Source of the DNA: an uncultured Chloroflexia bacterium
GTDB lineage: Bacteria > Chloroflexota > Ktedonobacteria > Ktedonobacterales > JADMIN01
Direction of reading: 5' to 3'
DNA length: 32,000 bases
Assembly: GCA_963718915.1 (NCBI GenBank)
Contig: CAVRAI010000001.1
Coordinates: 420,001 to 452,000, forward strand
Shown: in pieces, positions 25,049 through 32,000 of the stretch
How positions within the stretch are numbered: the first letter of the stretch is position 1
How the letters are laid out: each line of letters opens with the position of its first letter
Position numbers and translations under genes: made by a program
Notes under the pieces: generated by a model
What the model was told of the DNA's origin: nothing
The model's database searches: none
The model's input: only the letters and a program-made list of their open reading frames with translations

Positions 25049-25158
25049 GTGTGTCGTCTCCGGTTGATAGTCGCTACTGATGTTGCTGGCGATAATAGGC
25101 TCTTTGCCCAATGTAGCAAGGGCCGAGTAATCCGGCGCTGTTTGTCCTGGGTTTCCGT

Positions 25159-25260
25159 GCCGCAGGCTGAAGCCCTGCGGCTAATCCCGCACGTTCAGCG
25201 CGCTTGCCGCCAGCATGCGGATACCGAACGGTCAGGATTAGCCGCGGCATTCATGCCGCG
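25159..25260. repeat. complete REP/BIME-like inverted pair
   Basis: Left unit: hairpin GCCGCAGG-CTGAAGC-CCTGCGGC (25159..25181) running into GGCTAATCC (25179..25187). Right unit: GGATTAGCC (25235..25243) running into the hairpin CGCGGCA-TTCA-TGCCGCG (25243..25260). The two 9-mers start 56 nt apart, as at 19942/19998. Confidence 0.85.
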
Positions 25261-25295
25261 AAGGTGGAGCACCACTCCTCGCGCCCATTCGCCCC

Positions 25296-27335
25296 CTACC
25301 GCCCCGGTGGCGTGCCGCCCGCATTGCGCCGCCCGAGAATGCCAAAGGGCCAGCGCCGTCCGTTCTGGTCTGCTTGCCCGGACTGCGGCTGCGAATCGTC
25401 CAGTGGCGCGGTCTCTGGCGCGGCCAGTGGGTGCGTGCCTGCCGAGCCGAGTGAGATGGCAGGCAGCGGGCGCGTACTCTGGGTCGGCCCATCCTCAGGG
25501 CCAGACAAATCTTCCAGCGGGATGGTGGCGGGCGCCTCACCCAGCACCTCAGGCGTCGTCGGCGAGGGACTCGTCGGCGCCACACGCACACTCCCGCCGC
25601 CGCCCATTCCGCCTCCGCCACCAGCGGCCACCCGGCGCATCGGCACGTCGCGGCTGCCACTGGCGATGGCGCTCAGTTGGGCAGCGGCCTCGCGGGCAAC
25701 GTGGGTCACATCGACGGCCTGCTGGCGGGCGGCGGTTGTCGCGCTGAAGCGGTAGTTATCCATCTCGACCTCGAATCCTGGCCCGGTCAGCAACGCCCGC
25801 CGAGTCATCCCCGCGCCGGGCGCCTGAATGCGCAGCCCCAGCCGCCGCAGTGGCGAGCTATCGCGTGGCAGCCAGAGGAACGATGCCAGCAGCCGCAGTT
25901 CATCGAGCGATTCAATATGGGCCAGTCCCGCCGCAGAGCCTGACGCGATCAGCCGCTCGATCAGCCGAGCGCGCGCGTCTTCCAGCTCGCGGATGCGCGG
26001 ATCGTCGTCCGGCTGCCAGTTATCGGGCGTCACCAGCACGGATGGCGGCGGCGGCGGCGCGGGACGATGGCGCGGTCGGATTGACTTCTGCCAGATATCG
26101 TCGTCGACCAGCGGCAATGGCGAGCCGCCGCGATGCTCCAGCCAGCGCTCCAACCGTACCCCCGCGTCGCTGGCGGGCGGCGACTGCACCCAGAGTCCGG
26201 CATGGACCGCGCCTGAGGCGTTCCAGAGATAGGTACGCGCGCGCGCCGTCGCCTCCGCGCCACCCTCGGCCAGATCGCGCGCGCGCCGCAACAGCGCCGT
26301 AATCGCCTGCGTCTGTTGTAGGCGGAGTGAGATCGCCGCGTGGATGCGCTCGGTGAGATCGACCAGCGCCAGGCTGATGAGCCGCGCGCCCTCGCGCCAG
26401 GAGCCAGGGCCGCTCTCCGCCATGAAGCGCTCGAAGTTATCCAGCTCGCGCGCGACATCGCGCACGACGGCATCCAGCCGCTGATGGCGCTCGTCCTCAG
26501 TCTCGCCCAGGCCGACGCTCCACTCCTCCTCGCGTTTGCGCAAGACATCCTGCAACTGGTGGACGTTCTCGCCCGCGTGGCGCTCATCGCGCAGTGTCTC
26601 CAGCCGCTCGCGCACTTTGGCGGCGCCCTCGGAGGCGACCCGGAAGAAGCGCTCGTGGAGGACGCCCAGGCGGTCGGCAATCTCGGCGAGAATCTCCGGG
26701 TGATCGCCGTCTACTCGCAGCGCGCGTAGCTCGCGGGCGAAGTCGCGCGACTCCGTGTTGATGCCGTGGAGCGCCTGACGCAGCGACTGCCACGCCGAAT
26801 GACAGCGCAAGGGGTCGGAGTCCTGGTAGCCCAGTTCTTCGAGCAGGGTATCCAGCGCGGCGATAGCCTGAGCGAAGTAGTTGGCGCTGAGGCTGATATA
26901 GCGGCGACGCAGCGCGCGCTGAATCTCATCCCAGTGGGGCAGGAAGACACGGAGTGATCGCGCCAGGGCATAGTCGCGCTCGACCCGCCGCCGCAAGCCA
27001 TCGCGCTCGGCGCGTTCGGGGGCGAGGCCGCCGTCGACCGCCTGCCAGCCCTCGAGTTGGCGCAACACCTCGACGATCTCGGCGCGTGGGTCGTCGCCAT
27101 TGGGCTGGCCGCGATAGCGGAGGACGGCATCGAGGTCGGCGGCCAATTCATCCACCGAGACGCCGACTCGTCCCTGCGCCTCCTGCTCGCGGAGCGACGC
27201 CACCAGAATCGAGCGGCGCATCTGGCGCACGCCGCCTTCCTCGCCGACGAGGGCGCGCAGAAACTCTGGCGGCCCGGCAATAAGCGCCTCGGCCGCCCGT
27301 GAGATCGTTTCTATGCGCTGTGCGTCGGTGGCCAT
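25296..27335 (-). CDS. large alpha-helical protein in the JetA/MksF (kleisin) position with a disordered G/P/S/T-rich C-terminal third, 679 aa
   Basis: Full ORF with ATG at 27333..27335, first gene of the co-directional cluster. About 500 aa of R/E/L/A-rich helical sequence are followed by PRHRPAPPPPP and a GGGGGMGGGGS...PTSPSPTTPE tail. No catalytic motif is visible. The role is inferred from gene order only. Confidence 0.55.
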   Translation of the reverse strand: MATDAQRIETISRAAEALIAGPPEFLRALVGEEGGVRQMRRSILVASLREQEAQGRVGVSVDELAADLDAVLRYRGQPNGDDPRAEIVEVLRQLEGWQAVDGGLAPERAERDGLRRRVERDYALARSLRVFLPHWDEIQRALRRRYISLSANYFAQAIAALDTLLEELGYQDSDPLRCHSAWQSLRQALHGINTESRDFARELRALRVDGDHPEILAEIADRLGVLHERFFRVASEGAAKVRERLETLRDERHAGENVHQLQDVLRKREEEWSVGLGETEDERHQRLDAVVRDVARELDNFERFMAESGPGSWREGARLISLALVDLTERIHAAISLRLQQTQAITALLRRARDLAEGGAEATARARTYLWNASGAVHAGLWVQSPPASDAGVRLERWLEHRGGSPLPLVDDDIWQKSIRPRHRPAPPPPPSVLVTPDNWQPDDDPRIRELEDARARLIERLIASGSAAGLAHIESLDELRLLASFLWLPRDSSPLRRLGLRIQAPGAGMTRRALLTGPGFEVEMDNYRFSATTAARQQAVDVTHVAREAAAQLSAIASGSRDVPMRRVAAGGGGGMGGGGSVRVAPTSPSPTTPEVLGEAPATIPLEDLSGPEDGPTQSTRPLPAISLGSAGTHPLAAPETAPLDDSQPQSGQADQNGRRWPFGILGRRNAGGTPPGR

Positions 27336-27668
27336 GATGTTATTCCCCGCGCCACGGCGTCACGCTGAACCGCTCCATGCCTGCTCCCTCAGGAGTGGAA
27401 CCATCCGGGCGCCACTTGGAACATTTGTCGCCAGCCCAGGCGGCAAGCCGTGTTCCTGAAATCGAGCGTAGCATAGCACAGGGCGGCTGTTACAACGCGA
27501 AATCGCTTGCCAGCACGCCCAAAGGTACCACGCGACGAGGGGGTGATTTGGGGCAGACAGAGGAGCTATTACCGGAAATGTCGGCGGCGAAAAGAGCGCA
27601 ATCGCGCCATGACAAAACTGGCCCCAACTGGGCCGGGTTCGCTTTGGGCTACCTTCGCGGCATGATGT

Positions 27669-27917
27669 GGTTTTACAGATTACCAGGGACACCACGCGGC
27701 GGTACGCGGGCGGTTGAAACCGCGCCTGAGCGGCCTCGCTACGCTCCGCCACGAAACCCGCCTTCGCGGGTTGCAGAATTCCGCTCGTCACCGGGTATCC
27801 CGCTTGGGACACGATCTGGGAAGTCCGCGCAGGCGGACTTGGTGGCCGCAGGCCCTAAAGGCGCGGTTTCAACCGCCCGCGCTCTCGCGTCTGTCCGTCA
27901 TAATTTGTAAAACTGCT
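27669..27917. repeat. about 250-bp element with about 58-nt imperfect terminal inverted repeats (MITE-like or long structured hairpin)
   Basis: A 22-nt perfect inverted repeat: CGCGGGCGGTTGAAACCGCGCC (27705..27726) and GGCGCGGTTTCAACCGCCCGCG (27860..27881). The arms extend outward to GTTTTACAGATTA (27670..) and TAATTTGTAAAAC (..27914). The interior holds the hairpins AACCCGC-CTTC-GCGGGTT (27755..27772) and AAGTCCGC-GCAG-GCGGACTT (27821..27840). Confidence 0.75.
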
Positions 27918-27941
27918 TCAGCCGCCAGCCAGCCCAACGCA

Positions 27942-27969
27942 GAATTAGCCGTAGCCTGAAGGCTACGGC
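27942..27969. repeat. single REP-like unit
   Basis: GAATTAGCC (one mismatch to GGATTAGCC) runs into the hairpin GCCGTAGCC-TGAA-GGCTACGGC (27948..27969). It lies 26 nt downstream of the stop of the minus-strand gene 27995..28843. Confidence 0.8.
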
Positions 27970-27994
27970 TTGCTGGTATAGGGAAAACGAATGG

Positions 27995-28843
27995 CTAGTA
28001 GCGCAGGTCGAGGTCGATGCCCACGTCATGGCCCATCTTGAGCACTTCGAGGCGATGTGACTCCACCAGTTGCTGGTCGCGCGCGTGCATCGCGGTGCTG
28101 GCCCAGGCGCGTTCGCGCGGACGCCAGAGCAGATGCTCGACGAACATCGGCCACATGCTCGCGGTAATCTTTTCGACCATATGCTTCGTCTTCTGGGTCG
28201 CGCGCGTCAGCAGCAGCTTCTCGTAACAGACGCCCGCGCCGTGGTGGATGCCGTCGTCGATGGCGAGCCGCGTGCAGATCTCGGCGAGGATAGTGCCGGG
28301 AGCCGCGCTGGCAATCTGGTGGAAGCGTGGGATCACGAGGCCCTCATAAGCGACCTGGAGCAGCCAGATTTTCTCCTCGATGGTATCTACTTCCATCGCC
28401 AGTTTGGAGAGCTTTTCCAGGAATGGATCAGGCTCGCAGGTGCCGCCGACGGTATCGGAGAGCTGGAGCCACGCCTCGAAGTGACGCGCCTCATCCTGCG
28501 CCATCGTCGAATAGTAGAGCTTGGCCTCCGCGTCGGATGCGTCGGCGAGGAGTTGCACCGAAAGCTGGGCGGCGATCATGTCCGCCTGAAGCTGCTGTGT
28601 CACGACCGAGCGCCACATCGCCAAGCGGCGTTCCTGTTTCTCGGCGGAGCCGCGTCCCTCAGGCACTCCAGGAATCTTGCCCCATGAGAGCTGCCGGACA
28701 TCCCATGCCTGCCGCTTGGCGAGTCCGTAGAAGCGTTTCATGCCTTCCGCGGTCTGTGCGCTGATGTTTCCGGCGTCTATCCGTGCAGCCTCTACTTCTT
28801 CCGGCGCAACCGCAAAGGCGTTATCTGTTGCCTCAATCGCCAC
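27995..28843 (-). CDS. ferritin-like di-iron carboxylate superfamily protein, 282 aa
   Basis: GTG start at 28841..28843. Two metal-ligand-type motifs, MAQDEARHFEAW (ExxH) and AIDDGIHHGAG (DxxH), sit in predicted long helices. The specific family is not assignable by eye. Confidence 0.7.
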   Translation of the reverse strand: MAIEATDNAFAVAPEEVEAARIDAGNISAQTAEGMKRFYGLAKRQAWDVRQLSWGKIPGVPEGRGSAEKQERRLAMWRSVVTQQLQADMIAAQLSVQLLADASDAEAKLYYSTMAQDEARHFEAWLQLSDTVGGTCEPDPFLEKLSKLAMEVDTIEEKIWLLQVAYEGLVIPRFHQIASAAPGTILAEICTRLAIDDGIHHGAGVCYEKLLLTRATQKTKHMVEKITASMWPMFVEHLLWRPRERAWASTAMHARDQQLVESHRLEVLKMGHDVGIDLDLRY

Positions 28844-29245
28844 GCTTTATCCCCTCTTCCTGGTCATCTTGCCGTGTGAGCGCCGCCTGCCACAGCCCGC
28901 AGCTGCGGCGTCCGCTGTACTGAACTATACCAGATTCGCCAATAAGTGCCGTCTGCGCCACCCAAAACGCTCCGACTGACTCATTAATAGAGAGCGTCAT
29001 CGGGCCAACAGTTTCACGTCTCTGCCATGATTGCCTCATGACTGCGTCATGAATACGCACGAATAGTCCGCATCGTCGCGGAGCCTTCACCTCATGTATA
29101 AGGAGAGGTCGCGGCGATTTTACCACCTTCCCCACATTCTGTCATCACAATGGCATCACGAGCTAGACAAATTGTGCCACACTACATGACATGGGCGATA
29201 TCCACCTGCGTATTTTCAGGTATTTGTTGGAGGGAAATTGGACAG

Positions 29246-30103
29246 ATGACAACCCTACGCTTCGGAATCAAGACCGCACCCCAGCATACGACCTACGACG
29301 ATATGCTGCGCGTCTGGCTGGAGGCCGATACCGTTCCGATCATCGAACATGCCTGGCTCTTCGATCACTTTACGCCGCTCGGCAACGATCCGACCGGGCC
29401 GTGTCTGGAGGGCTGGTCGCTGCTGGCGGCCTATGCCGCGCGGACGGAGCGGCTGCGCGTGGGGCTGATGGTAACCGGGAATACCTACCGTCACCCCGCC
29501 GTCCTGGCCAATATCGGCGCGACGCTCGACCACATCTCGCACGGTCGGCTCGATTTTGGCATCGGCGCGGGCTGGAACGAGTTGGAACATGAGATGTACG
29601 GCATCCCGCTGCCACCGCCCGGCGAGCGCATTCGGCGGCTGGGCGAGGCGTGCGAGCTAATTCGGCGGCTCTGGACCGAGGAGACGGTGACCTATGATGG
29701 CCGCTATTACCAGTTGAAAGAGGCGCGCTGCGAGCCGAAGCCCATCCAGAAGCCCTATCCGCCGTTTGTGATCGGCGGCAGTGGCGAGCAATTGACGCTG
29801 CGGGTGGTGGCGCGCTACGCCGACATCTGGAACTTCGTCGGTGGGCCAGTTGAAACGTTCTCTCACAAGAGCGCGCTGCTGGATAGCTACTGTCAGGAGA
29901 TTGGCCGCGACCCGGCAGACATCGAGCGGTCGATTCAGATGCTCGTCGCGCCAGATGACATGGCCGCGAGCCGCGACGCGATTCGCCCATACATCGCCGC
30001 GGGCGCAACCCATATCATCCTCAATCTGCGCGCGCCGTATCCCGAAGGCATCGTGCATCGGCTGGCGGAGGAGGTAGCGGGGCCACTCGCAGCGGAGCAG
30101 TAA
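29246..30103 (+). CDS. LLM-class (luciferase-like) F420-dependent oxidoreductase, 285 aa
   Basis: ORF-track frame 29150..30103(+); start at the ATG 29246, preceded by GGAGGGA. MTTLRFGIKTAPQHTTYDDM..., WLFDHF, RLDFGIGAGW and PPFVIGGSGE are typical of the TIGR-type F420-dependent LLM subfamily. Confidence 0.88.
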   Translation: MTTLRFGIKTAPQHTTYDDMLRVWLEADTVPIIEHAWLFDHFTPLGNDPTGPCLEGWSLLAAYAARTERLRVGLMVTGNTYRHPAVLANIGATLDHISHGRLDFGIGAGWNELEHEMYGIPLPPPGERIRRLGEACELIRRLWTEETVTYDGRYYQLKEARCEPKPIQKPYPPFVIGGSGEQLTLRVVARYADIWNFVGGPVETFSHKSALLDSYCQEIGRDPADIERSIQMLVAPDDMAASRDAIRPYIAAGATHIILNLRAPYPEGIVHRLAEEVAGPLAAEQ

Positions 30104-30153
30104 GCGCAGGATGGTGAGGAGGCGCATAGCCGCGTTTGGTGTAGGGTGGGCAT

Positions 30154-30183
30154 GCCGCAGGCTGAGAGCTATGCGGCTAATCC
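30154..30183. repeat. single REP-like unit (reverse orientation)
   Basis: The hairpin GCCGCA..TGCGGC (30154..30177) runs into GGCTAATCC (30175..30183). It lies between convergent genes. Confidence 0.75.
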
Positions 30184-30228
30184 TGTTCGCTCAGTATCCT
30201 TGCTAATGGCGAACGTGCGATTCTGGCC

Positions 30229-31131
30229 TTATCGCGGCTCTCGCCATCGGTCGCTTTCAGGAGATTCTTCATATCGGCGCTCTGGCGTGATGATGAAGCA
30301 GCGGTCCGTCAGCAATTCAGTGCGCTGGGAGAGCGTGAGAGCAGGCTCGCTGGATTCGCTCTCACCAAAGAACACAGCGGTTTCGGCAACCTTGTCATCT
30401 TCACGAATATCGTCCTCGCCATCTACGTTGTAGTAGTAAGCGTCTTGGGTCACGTAATCGCGGCGAAAATCGGTTCCCCACTGCGAGTTGTGTCCCCAGC
30501 CATGAGATTGATCAACGGCTTGACGATTGTTTCGAGTGTAAGCCCAATAGAGCCGTGAATTCTCGGCGATATCTTTGCGGATGAAATGCTCGCCACCGCG
30601 CACTCGTACTCCAGCACGGCAAAAGAGCATATGCCCCAGGAGGAAACCGGGCCAGATTATCTCGACAAGGCTGATTGGTTCATCAGGATCAGGCGCCTGC
30701 TCAACATCAACTATCTCATGGTAGAACGGATGGAATGTAGAGTGTTCGGCTTCCTGCATTCCCAGCGAGCGCATCCACTCATTGCGCTCCTCTATCTGAA
30801 TCGCTGGAAGCCACCCTTCATTGTACGCGGCGAGTGGGAATGTCGTCCGGTTCCTAACTGGTTGGAAGGGGAGCAGGAGCATGTCGCTCACGCGCGAGAG
30901 CGCGTAGAGATGTTCGAGGCAGGTGTAATAGTTATCGTCCCCTCCACTGCATGCGTCAGGCTGTTCTTTGCCCCAAAATATCGCCTCGGCGCTCCCATAG
31001 GATTGGAGCACGCTCATTGTAACCGCTGCTTGTGGTTGCCAGGGCAGTAGAACGTCATGATACGCATCGGCGCCTTCGTATTCCACAAGTCGGTGAAAAA
31101 GCGAGCGGAATGAGAAAATAGCAGCGACCAT
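30229..31131 (-). CDS. hypothetical protein, 300 aa, low-GC orphan
   Basis: ATG at 31129..31131 with AGGAGA 5 nt upstream. Soluble, rich in W/Y/H/E, with no motif I can assign. G+C of a counted 60-nt sample is about 50%, against about 63% in the adjacent aldehyde dehydrogenase. Confidence 0.7.
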   Translation of the reverse strand: MVAAIFSFRSLFHRLVEYEGADAYHDVLLPWQPQAAVTMSVLQSYGSAEAIFWGKEQPDACSGGDDNYYTCLEHLYALSRVSDMLLLPFQPVRNRTTFPLAAYNEGWLPAIQIEERNEWMRSLGMQEAEHSTFHPFYHEIVDVEQAPDPDEPISLVEIIWPGFLLGHMLFCRAGVRVRGGEHFIRKDIAENSRLYWAYTRNNRQAVDQSHGWGHNSQWGTDFRRDYVTQDAYYYNVDGEDDIREDDKVAETAVFFGESESSEPALTLSQRTELLTDRCFIITPERRYEESPESDRWREPR

Positions 31132-31223
31132 CGCGATCTCCTGGGATGCCAGTGGCTAGCGGACTCCAATACGCTAAGGCATCCCAGATTATACCCTAAT
31201 AACTGCACGCTTTGTACGCTGAT

Positions 31224-32000
31224 CTACGGTTCCTTCGTCTCTCCACGTGCGATGAAATACCAGGGCTTGACGGGCGTGTCTGTCAGGTCGTGCATCACGT
31301 GCTTGATCTGGGTGTAGTCCTCCAGCGCGTAGAACGACATGTCTTTGCCGAAGCCGCTCTGCTTGTAGCCGCCGTGGGGCATCTCCGAGGCGATGGCGAT
31401 GTGCTCGTTCACCCAGACTGTGCCCGCCTGGATGCCCGCCGCCATGCGGTTGGCGCGGAAGACATCGCGTGTCCAGACCGACGCCGCCAGCCCATAGTCG
31501 GTATCGTTCGCCAGCGTCAGCGCCTCGGCCTCCGTCTCGAACGGCAGCACGCACAGCACCGGCCCAAAGATTTCCTGCTGCACGACTTCCGCCTGCTGGC
31601 TTTGGGGCAGCAGCACCGTCGGCGCGTAATAGTAGCCATCCGAGAGCGCCGTATCGGTTGGGCGCTCTCCGCCCGCCAGCACCTGCGCGCCCGCCGCCCG
31701 GGCCCGCTCGACGAATCCCTCCACCCGCTCGCGCTGTCTGGCCGAGATAACCGGCCCCATCTCGGTCGCCGGATCGTCGGGTAGCCCCATGCGAATGCTC
31801 TTCACCAGCGAGACAAGCCGCTCCAGAAACGCATCCATCACCGACCGCTGGCAATAGACGCGCGTCGCGGCGGTACAGTCCTGGCCGGAGTTGATATACG
31901 CGCCCATCACCGCGCCGTGGGCCGCCGCATCGAGATTGGCGTCCTCGAAGACGACGAACGGCGCCTTGCCGCCCAGCTCCAGGTGTAGCCGCTTCACCGT
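31224..32000 (-). CDS. NAD(P)-dependent aldehyde dehydrogenase, C-terminal 258 codons (5' end outside the window)
   Basis: The frame is open to the window edge. [10 protein letters not shown], the catalytic-Cys context [10 protein letters not shown], and the C-terminal [13 protein letters not shown] are canonical ALDH-superfamily motifs. Confidence 0.9.
   Translation of the reverse strand, partial: TVKRLHLELGGKAPFVVFEDANLDAAAHGAVMGAYINSGQDCTAATRVYCQRSVMDAFLERLVSLVKSIRMGLPDDPATEMGPVISARQRERVEGFVERARAAGAQVLAGGERPTDTALSDGYYYAPTVLLPQSQQAEVVQQEIFGPVLCVLPFETEAEALTLANDTDYGLAASVWTRDVFRANRMAAGIQAGTVWVNEHIAIASEMPHGGYKQSGFGKDMSFYALEDYTQIKHVMHDLTDTPVKPWYFIARGETKEP

Noticed and set aside
24926-25755. Plus-strand ORFs (273 aa and 183 aa) bridging the jetB-like start, the REP pair and the jetA-like 3' end
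   Set aside because: They are antisense to two supported genes and read through the REP hairpins. The products are Arg/Pro/Ala-rich.
27705-27881. GGTTGAAACCGC / GCGGTTTCAACC sequences resembling a CRISPR repeat (GTTTCAA...)
   Set aside because: There are only two copies, in inverted rather than direct orientation. There are no regularly spaced spacers and no cas genes in the window.
27360-27910. 150-aa (-) and 177-aa (+) ORFs filling the gap upstream of the jet-like operon
   Set aside because: They overlap each other on opposite strands and run straight through inverted repeats and perfect hairpins. They lack convincing RBSs and give low-complexity products. The region is better explained as repeat or structured non-coding DNA.

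Overview
This is a GC-rich bacterial chromosomal segment. Hand-counted 60-nt samples give about 58-73% G+C in most genes and about 50-52% in two islets. The phylum cannot be determined by eye; the gene content (P450, F420-type LLM oxidoreductase, PT-linker glycosidase, DUF4190, solo tnpB) would fit Chloroflexota or Actinomycetota.

Housekeeping and metabolic content:
- a GlsB/YeaQ-type membrane protein
- a divergent isochorismatase-family hydrolase and Lrp/AsnC regulator pair
- a cytochrome P450
- a secreted clan GH-A glycosidase with a lectin-like C-terminal domain
- tRNA-Asn(GTT)
- secD and secF
- a ferritin-like di-iron protein
- an LLM-class oxidoreductase
- the 3' part of an aldehyde dehydrogenase

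Accessory content:
1. A solo tnpB (IS200/IS605-type) element lies between secD and secF.
2. A low-GC islet abuts the 3' side of tRNA-Asn. It encodes an 872-aa protein with TM helices, a degenerate P-loop and TPR repeats.
3. A low-GC orphan gene lies at 30229..31131.
4. A family of REP/BIME-like hairpin repeats occurs in several intergenic regions.
5. The main candidate system is a minus-strand cluster at 17646..27335. It has a Wadjet/Mks-like triad: a helical protein in the JetA position, a JetB-like protein and a 1389-aa SMC-like ATPase. No JetD/MksG Toprim nuclease gene is present. The next co-directional gene encodes a DUF262(DGQQR)-DUF1524(HNH-like)-HEPN(RNAFKH) protein.

All functional calls come from reading motifs by eye. 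No database search was possible.
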